Of a DNA stretch of 64,000 bases, positions 22,912 to 33,760 are shown piece by piece. The DNA comes from Sphaerodactylus townsendi. Taxonomy: Eukaryota. The position numbers and the translations under genes are program-made. Positions within the stretch are counted from its first letter, which is position 1. Each line of letters opens with the position of its first letter. The stretch spans positions 24,428,001-24,492,000 of the forward strand of contig NC_059440.1 in NCBI RefSeq assembly GCF_021028975.2. The letters are read 5' to 3'. Under the pieces are notes generated by a model that made no database searches, was not told the DNA's origin, and was given only the letters and a program-made list of their open reading frames with translations.

Positions 22912-25900
22912 TCACAGGTACGTGCCTTTGGAAACAGGAGGGGGAAACCGAGGGCTCTGATCCTTTCTTAGACTCTGGGCGTCGAGAGAGCTGGCAGCGA
23001 TCAGCAAAATCCCAGCAGCGCAGGCACAAGCAGCACCACCTGCAGCCATCCAGTAGGCACAGCCGAGTTCATAAGTCACACCTGGAATTCCTAAAGTCAC
23101 CTGGAAGAAAACTGAAGCAGTGAGCAAGCTGGGGCAGGGTGTCCATCAATCGACCGATCACATTGGTAGCCCACCTTCCCTTCAAGGAGCTCAGGGCCGC
23201 AAACATGATTCTGTCCTGGCAACTGGCCTTTACAACAACCCTGTGAGGTAGGCTAGGTTAAAAACCAGCATCCGGCCTAAAGTCATTCAATGATCTTTAC
23301 GGCAAGGTGGAGATTTGAACCTGAGGCCATCTAATTTCAGTCCAACGCTCTAGTCATGATACCATACCGGCTGTTGGAGTTAGAGCAGTGATGGCGAACC
23401 TTTTCGAGACCAAGTGCCCAAATTGCAACCCAAAACCCACTTATTTATCGCAAAGTGCCAACACGGCAATTTAACCTGAATACTGAGGTTTTAGTTTAGA
23501 AAAAATGGTTGACTCAGAGGCGTGCGTTACTCGGGAGTAAGCTTGGTGGTAGTCGGTGGCTTGGCTTTGAAGCAACCATGCAACTCTCCCAACGGATGAA
23601 TCAAGACCCTAGGAGGGTTTGCTCAGAAGCCAGCCCCATTGCCAGCAACCGAGCTTACTCCCAGGTAAAGGATCGCGCTTTAGTTCTTTGCATGAAAATC
23701 AGTGGGGTTTAACAGCGTTTAGCAGGGTTACCTACACTGCTTCCCCAAAATGAGGTCTTAGGTTTAATGCTAATAATCAAGCCCAGTGGCCCAGGCCAGC
23801 CTGGATGTGTGTGGGGTGGGGGGGACTCTGTTTTCGCGTGCCCACAGGGAGGGCTCTGAGTGCCACCTCTGGCACCTGTGCCATAGGTTCGCCACCACTG
23901 GGTTAGAGTGTCAGACCCAGGTTCGAATCCTCACTTTGTCATGGAAGCTTGCTTGGCTACTCTTGGCTGGTTATTTCCTCTCCACCTAACATACCTCACG
24001 GGGTTTCTGTGGCAGAGAGAATGCTTTAAACAGTTTAGGATTTCTGTCGGAGAGAATATCTAAATCGACAGCCAGTGCAAGGTTAAACCTTGGGATGGGC
24101 TTGGAAAATCCCTCACGAGCCCAAACATGGTGAATTTTTGTCAGACAACAATGCGGACGGCTAATAGGAATTTGCCTCAAACAAATAATTCTCTCCCGGG
24201 GGGGAAATCTGCTGTTTTCTCATAATATTAAACCACAATGAGCTTTAGTCTGTGGCTTTAGACCATACGTTCATATACATATATATATGCATTCATTCCT
24301 TTCATGGCTCAGTTTTTTAATGCTAGCGATTGTTCTGGGAAACAACACAGACAAACAGTCGATTGTGAGGAGACGCACATTAATATTAAAGCGGGGGGAG
24401 GGGGAGTTGCATACCCTTCAAAAAAACATAGAAAAATATGTTTCCTTGTACAGTTGGTAATACTGCATTGTCGTTCAATTTCATCATCTAATTCAGGCGT
24501 GTCCAACTCTGGTGCTTTTTCAGTGGAGAAATAATGCCCCCACCCAGTGGTGAGTTTCAAATAATGTAGCAACTGGTTGTTTACAAGCACCATTTTAACA
24601 ACCGGTTCTGCCGAAGTGGTACGAACCTGCTGGATCCTACCACTGCCTCCACCCCCGTTATGATGAAGATGCTATTGAGAGAAGAGCTCCAAAAGGGTCA
24701 GGTTTTTTAAAATGGCAATCCTGCAGTGTTTCACCTCCAAATCTCCAGGAGTTTTCCAACATGGATCTGGTAACCGACACTCTGGCCCATTCCCTATGGG
24801 GGACCTGGTAACCCTAGCTCAGCCACAACCCGTTCCCTTAAAACAGCTGAATAGGGTCTCCCTCATCTGACACTTTAACATCCACTATATCGTAGAGATT
24901 GTACTGTATATTTCCTGTACCTTAGTGCCCCTGTTCTAACCTTCCTAACTGCCTCCAGGAACCGAATTTACCTCTAATTTATACTTCTGCACGGTGTCGA
25001 TACCATACCAAAGGACAGCGATTGCACCAGCTAGACCTAGGGAAGAGAGAAAAATATTGCGTGTTGACTGCAAACTTTATCTCCCCCGATCCTGTGCCTT
25101 TAACAACAAGTAATAATACATCAACTTAGTAGGAGAAGCATTTCTTGGCCAGAAAAGGCAACAGGATTTGACCCACATTATTGTACACTCCACTTCTCCC
25201 CATTCACTCTTCACCGCACAGTATTCATTTGCTCAGCAGCGATCCAACGTATGGTAGTTATTCTTTCCAACTTATCCACCATGGTGGCTGATTTCCTACC
25301 TCCACATCCTACTGGAGCAAGGATGGGAGAATGGAGGTATTTCCAGGTAAAAACCGGAAAGTGATATCACCCTCACTCTAATATTTTGCTTTTACCATAG
25401 AGATTAGCAAAATCCTAGAGTATCAGTTACATCACTTCCAGGTTTTAGCCAGATGTGATGTCGGTGCTGATGCATCAACAACATATTTTTCCCCCATGTC
25501 CCACCCTCCAAAGTCTCCCAGGGATTCCAAGAAGAGGGAATCTGAGGGGGTGGAGACATAGGGGAGGGCCATCAGTGGGATGGCATGACATCACTTCCTG
25601 TGATCTTTTGTCTGCATTTTTCTCCCACAGGCCACCACTCAACAATAGGGAAAGCCATTAGGATCTCTCCTGGTCTCGCAGTTTGTGGCTTGGCTCTTCA
25701 GCCTGAGCCACTTGGCTGTTCAGTCATGAGCAAGCTACTTGACGACTGCTTTTCCCATGTAAGGAGAGAATATCAGCCTGCAGGTGGGACCTGTGGATGC
25801 CTCAGAATTACAGACTACAGAGATTTGTTCCCCTGGAGAAACTGGATGCTTTGGAGGGTAGACTCTGGTCCCTTCCGCACATGCAGAATAATGCACTTTC

Positions 25901-28900
25901 AATCCACTTCCACAATTGTTTGCAAGTGGATTTTGCTATTCCACACAGCTGCAAAGTGCGTTGAAAGTGGACTGAAAGTGCATTATTCTGCATGTGCGGA
26001 AGGGGCCTCTGTGGCATTGTACCTCACTGAGATCCCTTGCCCTCCCCCGTTTCACCTGAAAATCCCCTGCTGAAATCCCCTGCTCTCCCTGCTGAAATTC
26101 TGTGCGTAACTTGTTGCCAAAGGCACAGAAAGAGACCCAGTCAAAAAGGTGGCATTTGTTAGAAACGTGTTCGTGTTTGAGATCTTCCCAGAGCCGCAGC
26201 CCAGACAGAATAAGTTTGACTCACTCCCGCAAGAAGACTAAAGCCTCACTTACCTCCCAGGAGGAACAATGTCCCAGCTGCCAGGGAGAACTTGTATTTC
26301 CACAGGACTTTGTCACGAATCAGTTTGGTGCATTTCATCCCAGCAATGAAAAGGGGCATGGCGGCAAGCGTCAGGAAGCCAGTAAGGATGACCAAGACCC
26401 GGGTGGCCACAAAGACAGCTGCAAATAGAGGGGGGGAGTGATCATGGCATCTGAGGAAAGAAAATACCACCAGGGGCCGAGCAGCCAGAACTCTGCACTA
26501 GTGATCATTTTTGCCCACCTTGTTTGCAATTTTCTTTACGCAAACTTTTGCAATACAAATACTAACTCTTTTCCCCAATGGCATAAAAACAGGGTGTTTT
26601 TTTAAAAGACACACGTTGTACCTGCCACTATTTACCATCTTATATTATTCATAAGCAAACAATAAGATATATCGACAACAGTGCAATCTCAAGTACAACA
26701 ATCTTAACACATCAAAGTACTCTACAACGTATATACACTCAAGACGTCCTGTCATATATTGCAGAATTCGCCAGGGTTGCCAACCTACAGCTGGTGTCTG
26801 GAGATCTGCCAGAATTACAGCCGGTTGCCTGACAATGGAGATCAGTTTCCCCAGATGAAATGGGAGCTAGAGTTAACAGTGAATGCTAAGGCTCAACACA
26901 ACCTATAGATGTAGCATGGTAACCTGCGGGAGATATAGTATGTTGACCTGCTGGTGGCCTAAGCAGAGACTTAGGTTAATACACAGCGTGGTGGTTAATA
27001 CACAGCGTGGTGTAGTGGTTAAGAGCAGGTGCACTCTAATCAGGAGAACTGGGTTTGATTCTCTGCTTCGCCACTTGAGCTGTGGAGGCTTATCTGGTGA
27101 ACCAGATTAGCTTGTGCACTCCAACACATGCCAGTTGAGTCACCTTGGGCTAGTCACAGGTCTTTGGAGTTCTCTCAGCCCCACCCACTTCACAGGCTGT
27201 TTGTTGTGGGAGGGGGGAAGGGAAAGGAGACTGTAAGCCCCTTTGAGTCTCTTTACAGGAGAGAAAGGGGGATATAAATCCAAACTCTTCTTCTACTACT
27301 ACTTGGATGACAGAACACCAAGGAATTCCAGGGTTACTATGCAGAGGCAGGTGACTTCTGAAGCCTCTTAGCCTACGGAGTCACCATGATTGGCTGTAAC
27401 TTGACAGCACTTGCCGCCACCACCAGTCAGACAGTGTAAGATTGTTTTGAATAGTGGACCAGGTTTTGAGTGCAGAAGATCCTGTATCCATTCCTCAGTT
27501 TAAAAGATCTCGGATAACAGATCTGGGAATGGCCCCTCCCCGAAGTTCCTGGCATAAATAAATACCATGAACCTGGCTTCCTGGTTGTGTCTGGTCAACA
27601 AAGTGTTGTCGTTCGTTTGCTGTATTTCAAAGTCTGCTTCTGAAATTCCAATATGACCTGGAGATTCCATCCGAGATATGGATAAGGTTTCCCACCCACC
27701 CAAATAACTCGGACTCATTTTCCTTACCGGGGTGTTCGCTGAGATAGGAGATAGGAATATCACAAGTCCAGAGGTCAGCCACGTTATCAAATATGCACTC
27801 ACTCCACAGACCCCGGCATCGGACGCTCAAGCCCACAGAAGATAAAGGATCCTTGGCGTCTTGCTGTACAAGGGAAATTTTTGGATAATGCAAATATAGG
27901 AAAAAATAGTGAAATGGAAAAAAAGTAAATTAAATGAAGAAATATCTAAATACATTTTGTAGAACCAGGTCTGGATGGTTCTACAAAATCCCCCCACCCC
28001 CAGAATTATTTTTAAAGCTTTATAATTTGCAACATTTCCATTTGCAAAATTTCTAATTTTGTTGGCCAGGAAGGGGAGGGGGGATTTCACCTGTCACTTT
28101 TTAATCAGCAAAGTTCTATATTTATAACCCTCCCCAAAAAAGTTGATATTTTGCAAATGCTACTCCCAAAATGTGCCAAGCCATAGCCCCTTTAAGGATA
28201 TTTTAAAATGCTTCTGTGATCCCGAAATCTCCCTAGCGCTACAGTGATTAAGCACAGCTTTGGGACCCTGCGAGATACCTTAAGGGCATTGTTATTTCTC
28301 TGAGGAAACTGCAAGGGATAAGCAGAATGAAGCTTCCAAACCAACATTAAATAGTTAACTAAACTTGGCATCATGCTAAACCTAAGAATTAATTTTAAAA
28401 CATTAAAAACACATAGATCTTTGAGCTTGGCAAGAGGGTTCTAGAAGTTTCTATCAGTCATGAGGCGAGTTTCCATTAACTTATTGGATGCCCATCTTTG
28501 AAATATGGTGAACCTCCTTGTGAGGAAGGCTGAGGACAGTGTAAAAAATAGAGAGAGGGGAGTGTGTATGTGTGTGTGTGTGTGTGTGTGAAACACCCAC
28601 AGAATAAAGTGAATTGTTCCTCTCTTTTTGACCTTTCCAGGAGCACAGCAGATGCCACTGGCATTTATTGCCACCAATATATTTCTCAGGGCTTAGTGTT
28701 CCCATGACGATGGCATCATTTTCTCTTTTTTAAGCAGCTCGGCCAAAGTATTTCTTTGGTTCCAGCGTGAATGGAATTACCATCTATATCTTCTCAGGGA
28801 GAAAGGGGAAGGGACAATATTAGTTTGAAGACCAAAGTCTAGGGCCCCTTCCGCCCATGCAGAATAATGCATTTTCAATCCACTTTCACAACTATTTGCA

Positions 28901-30004
28901 AGTAGATTTTGCTGTCCCGCACTGTAAAATCCAGCTGCAAAGTGCATGGAAAATGGATTGAAAGTGCATTATTCTGCATGGGGCCTAGGTTAAGACGTCT
29001 GGGGAAAATGCCTCGTCCTGTTGCAGCTGACTTGGTGGGGGGGTCTCTTATGGGAAATCCTAATTCAGGCTCAAAGCAAAATTGTGTGACGCTGAGATGC
29101 ACCTGCATTTGTTCAGCTTCTGAATTTTTCAGTATTGCCTTTCTATCCTATCTCATTACTTTGATGCCCCCTTTGTATGGACGATTTACACCAATTGCGC
29201 AAGATGATCAAGTTGCCCCCTAGGATCTGTCCATCGGTCTTCCCTCATGCTGTGTATCCCCAACCTGTTTCCTTTGTTACGAAAGGGTTCACATTTTGAG
29301 AATAGTTACCTTTTAAGAATAACTGGAAGATAGGAGTAATTGATGCGTGCACCATTATTGAGTGTACCAGCGTTACATTGTGTTATAGCTGTGATCGTCA
29401 GTTGCACAAGCTAAAATGAACTTTTTGAACAGTACGGTGAATGGTTAGGCAGAGAGACTGGGACCCCCCCCCCCCCCACACACACACACACAAGCTCCCC
29501 CACTGTGGTCATTTGGGATGCCTGCCACCAAATCCAACCCAATTCATTCATTCATTCATTGAATTTCTATACTGCCCCTCCCCTGATGGGCTCGGGGCAG
29601 TAAACTTCATGATACTTCACGATATAAAACCAAATATCTAAAACTATATCAGTTTTTTTGATTGTCAAGATATGAGCTTTGATGGTGCTCGGATTCTGAA
29701 AGACACAGTGCAACGGTTAGAGCGTCGAACTAGAGCAGGGGAGACCTGAGTTCAAATCTCCCTTCAGCCATGAGTGACTTGGGATCATTTACTCCCTCAA
29801 GGGACAGCCCAGCCTGCAAGGCAGTTGTCAGAGACCCATTTACACCCCCATAAGCAGGTGGGATGCAATGTATTTGACAGAGAGAAAGTTAATTCCTACC
29901 CGCCAGCAATCTGATTCGGCACACAGGATGAGAAGCAGAAGGCCCGAGACCCCCAACGCCATCGCCAACATATCCGCAGCCAATGCAGGTGCTGTGATTT
30001 TCAT
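22912..30004 (-). CDS. Divergent claudin family protein (CLDN16-related ECL1, 219 aa)
   Basis: Minus-strand exons 30004-29900, 27863-27728, 26418-26254, 25036-24972, 23100-22912 (105/136/165/65/189 nt), all GT-AG and in frame. Protein MKITAPALAADMLAMALGVSGLLLLILCAESDCWRQDAKDPLSSVGLSVRCRGLWSECIFDNVADLWTCDIPISYLSEHPAVFVATRVLVILTGFLTLAAMPLFIAGMKCTKLIRDKVLWKYKFSLAAGTLFLLGGLAGAIAVLWYGIDTVQKYKLEVTLGIPGVTYELGCAYWMAAGG...SKGTYL has four hydrophobic segments and the W-GLW-C-C claudin signature. Confidence 0.9.
23386..23900. mobile_element. Non-autonomous hAT (Charlie-like) element
   Basis: TIRs CAGTGATGGCGAACCT / AGGTTCGCCACCACTG; TSD AGTTAGAG/GGTTAGAG. Confidence 0.88.
24545..24645 (+). mobile_element. 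Short hAT MITE related to 21398-21788
   Basis: CAGTGGTG...GAACCTGCTGGATCCTACCACTG; TSD CCCCCACC/CCTCCACC. Confidence 0.7.
25867..26007. mobile_element. PIF/Harbinger-type MITE
   Basis: Same TIRs, TSD TCT. Confidence 0.85.
26983..27302 (+). mobile_element. tRNA-derived CORE SINE
   Basis: Full-length copy with a short duplication at the 5' junction. Confidence 0.85.
28843..28985. mobile_element. PIF/Harbinger-type MITE
   Basis: Same TIRs, TSD TAG. Confidence 0.85.
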
Positions 30005-30302
30005 TCCCCTTTCAGCAAGAAGTTTTCTTTAGCAAAAAAAAATTCCTTTCCTTGGCAGCCAGCACACCAGAAGTTGAACCACAGCTGCAAGCAGAAGGGG
30101 CTGCAAGTAGGAACTTGGGGAAAGTCAGTATGTTCCCCCTAGCGGAACAAAAATAATATGCTTCCAAAGCAATGGCCCCTGCCATGGCAAATTCATTTTC
30201 TCCTTCTGAGCTTTGCTTCCTGTGTGGACGGGAAGGGTCTGGGTTGGATCCAGACAGCATTTCCACTCAGTTCTGCCCAAAGCCTCTCCTTTATTACAGC
30301 GT

Positions 30303-30608
30303 CCAGCGTGGTGTAGTGGTTAAAAGCAGATGGATTCTAATCTGGAGAACTAAGTGTGATTCCCCACTCCTCCATCTGAGTGGCAGAGGCTTATCTGGTG
30401 AACTAGATGTGTTTCCACACTCCTACATTCCTGCTGGGTGACCTTGAGCTAGTCACAATTCTCTCAGAACTCTCTCAGCCCCACCTACTTCACAAGGTGT
30501 CCGTTGTGTGGAAAGGAGAGTGTAGGCCATCTTGAGTCTCCTTACAGGAGAGAAAGGGGGGATATAAATCCAAACTCCTCCTCCTCTTCCTCCTCCTCTT
30601 CTTCTTCC
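30303..30608 (+). mobile_element. tRNA-derived CORE SINE
   Basis: Full-length copy. Confidence 0.85.
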
Positions 30609-31107
30609 ACATCTGCTATTCCTGCAGTTCTTCAGAATGGCTTTTGGGGGTTGTCAAAAGGGTCTACTCTTTTTCACAAGGAGAAAAGCCAATTGTATCC
30701 GACCTTACAGAAAAGATCTGGCAAGTTTTAATGGGGAGAGGGCCTTCCCCCCCATATCGCTTCTCCCTAAAAGTGGTGAGAATATCATTGCTGTAGCCAT
30801 TTACTACCCTTGTGAAATCAGTTGTCTTTGCCCCAAAACCCATTCTCATCTCACATCTGTCTGCATTATCAGCAAGCAACCTACTCACAACAAAGGGGAT
30901 AAAATCTGTCAACATTCTCAGAAGGTGCTAGTTTTTTACAAGCAGGGAGGTAACAAAACTTCGATACTGTATATGAAATGGTGCAATCCTTACCTTTGAG
31001 TAAAATAAGTCACTAGGGTGACCAGAATAACTGGAATATCCAAAAGGCCTCGTCAGCAGGGACAAGATTAAATTATTTCTAATGTCTTTGTAGGATTCAC
31101 AATATGA

Positions 31108-31913
31108 CAGAAGAGGAAGAAGAAGAGGAAGAAGAAGAGGAAGAAGAAGAGGAAGAAGAAGAGGAGGAGGAGGAGGAGGAGAAGTCTCAAAGCAGCTTAC
31201 AAACTCCTTCCCTTCCTCTCCTCAGAACAGATGCCTTGAGAGGCAGGTGAGACTGAGAGAGTTCTTAGAAAACTGTGACTATCCCAAGGTCATCCACTAG
31301 GCTTCATGTGTGTAGGAGCAGGGAATCAAAACCTGGTTCTCCAGGTTAGAGTCTGCTGCTCATGTGGAGGAGTGAGGAATCAAACCTGGTTCTCCAGATT
31401 AGAGTCCGCTGCTCATGTGGAGGAGTGAGGAATCAAACCCAGTTCTCCATATTAGAGTCTGCCACTTATGTGGAGGAGTGAGGAATCAAACCTGGTTCTC
31501 CAGATTAGAGTCCGCTGCTCATGTGGAGGAACAGGGAATCAAACCCAGTTCTCCAGATTAGAGTCTGCCGCTCATGTGGAGGAGCGGGAATCAAACCCAG
31601 TTCTCCATATTAGAGTCTGCCACTTATGTGGAGGAGTGAGGAATCAAACCTGGTTCTCCAGATTAGAGTCCGCTGCTCATGTGGAGGAACAGAGAATCAA
31701 ACCCAGTTCTCCATATTAGAGTCTGCCGCTCATGTGGAGGAGTGAGGAATCAAACCCAGTTCTCCATGTTAGAGTCTGCCACTTATGTAGAGGAGTGAGG
31801 AATCAAACCCAGTTCTCCATGTTAGAGTCTGCCATTTATGTGGAAGAGTGAGGAATCAAACCTGGTTCCCCAGATTAGAGTCCACTGCTCTTAACCATTA
31901 CACCATGCTGGCT
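31108..31913 (-). mobile_element. CORE SINE with internally amplified head and expanded (GAA/GAG)n tail
   Basis: Tail microsatellite 31108-31181, body, 11-copy array, then the normal head ending about 31913. Confidence 0.85.
31322..31890. repeat. Tandem array, 11 x ~53 bp, derived from the SINE tRNA head
   Basis: Unit GGAATCAAACC(T/C)(G/A)GTTCTCCAGATTAGAGTC(C/T)GC...ATGTGGAGGAGTGA starts at about 31322, 31376, 31429, 31482, 31535, 31587, 31640, 31693, 31746, 31799, 31852. Confidence 0.93.
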
Positions 31914-32059
31914 AATAGAATATGGGCTATCATCTCAATTGCATTTGCATTACCTGGATTAGCCTCCTCTGCAGAGTCCCTCTGCCTTTTCCCCCTCCCC
32001 CAACGGACCTGGAGCCATTCTGGCATCCCTACACAGCCAACCTATTTCTGCCCATCTCT

Positions 32060-32367
32060 GCACGCTGCTGTCTCTCACGACGGGCTTGCCGCTTTAAGGC
32101 CGGGTGGCGGAGGTGGAGAGAGAAGGCGGATGCGTTGCTGCAGAGCTGGGGAGAAAGCAGAGAGCCAAGATGCCTGGTGACATCACCCCGCCAGCCTCCT
32201 CCCCAGCCAGAACGCAGACGCCCTGTGCAAGGGAGGGGGGGAGAGAGACCCAGGCAGCTGCGGAACCAGATCTCCCCCCATCGCCTGCCGCAGGGAATCC
32301 AGGCGTCCAGGGAGAACCACCAGACTGGCGGAAAGAGGAGGATGCTCCAGCATCTGTCATAAGACAG
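32060..32367 (+). other. SLC45A1: Probable upstream (5'UTR) exon of SLC45A1
   Basis: GC-rich segment ending in donor CAG|GTAAAA at 32367/8. Acceptor TTGTAG ends at 33749, 11 nt before the ATG. The 5' end of the exon is approximate. Confidence 0.45.
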
Positions 32368-33760
32368 GTAAAAACCTGCTTCCGAGGGAATCGTTGCTGA
32401 TTGCTTGGCAAAACACCTGCCCGGCAGCATCCTGGGTACCAGGCCCTCTGGGCAGGGATGCAGTAAAGGAAGGGATACTTTAGAAAAAGCGCTGGAAAGG
32501 GGGTGGGGAGGATGTTAGAGTAGGGAAGAGAGAAAATGTAAGTGCATCTCTGTGTGCACATGTTGTGGAGTTTCTGCTTCCCCAAGAGAGTGACCATGAC
32601 GGGGGATTTCTGCAAGTGACCCTTGTGGTCTCTTCCAACTATGATTCTATGATTCTGTTAGGGCCAAATCCTCAAGGGGTTCATCACATTCCCAGCCCTG
32701 TTTCCTAGATTTTCTGGTGTTAAAAACCAAAATAAGGTGCTAGCAATAAAAGCACCGGCAATTTTTTTGGGGGGGAGGGCGGTCTTATTTGTGAAAATAT
32801 TTGCACCTTTCAAAATAATTCTGGTGATAATCAGACTGACAAAGATAACATCACTCAAACATAATAAAATATATGTGCAAAGTGTACTTCGTTACTCTGT
32901 AAGGTATAGACCAGGTCTCTGCCTTTCACTGTTTCTAACAATGAGTGCGAAAGTGCTGGAATGATTGACAAGCACCTGGAACTTTTAAAAACATTATTTA
33001 TTTAGTTATTTAGTTATTTTGGATTTGTATCCTGCCCGATCCCTGAAAGGCTGTGGGGGGTTACAACACAAGTCAAACAATGCATAGATATTAAAATATA
33101 AATCCTCATTTAAATTAACTTTAAAAATGATTAAGATGTGTTATTAAATATAGCACACATTTCAGAGTTAGATTTGTGCTGTTTCATTTTGACTCAGAAT
33201 CTCCTGTATTCTTCAGGTCTCACTTATCAAACTGCACAGAGAACACTATGCACACTTATTGTTCCTCGTGGTTGGTTGTTTCTTGTGAGTGGGGGGCATT
33301 AAAAATATAACATGCACACCCACACACACAGGCTGAGGTCCAGATAAAACTGTGCCACTTATTCGTCTGATTATATCAAAGGGTCCTTAAAGGCCATTTG
33401 ACACATATAACAGGTTGGAATGCGATGGCAGATTCATGAGTTCATACAATGGCTTTAGCACTAATTTTTAGTTTCCCTGTTTGTTTGTTTTAAAAAATCC
33501 CCAATTGCAAGTAGAAAACAAGTTTGCAGGTGAAATGCTTTCCTAGAACCTTTATTCTTGATACAGTAGTTTTCTCCTTGCAGGGAGTTCTCTATCAAAA
33601 GTCAATCCCATTGCCACCTACAGTATAAAAAAAGGTACAGCTGTTTTTGCTATCCTCACCTGCCTGTATAGATGGAATCTTAAGTCCTCCTTGTGTCCCA
33701 GCGGCATTAGAAACCACATCAGTTCTAAGCAATGTTTTGTTCCTTGTAGGAAAACCCACA

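Noticed and set aside
31322-31890. Regularly spaced repeats superficially like a CRISPR array
   Set aside because: Units are contiguous with no unique spacers, derive from a SINE head, and lie in vertebrate DNA with no cas genes.
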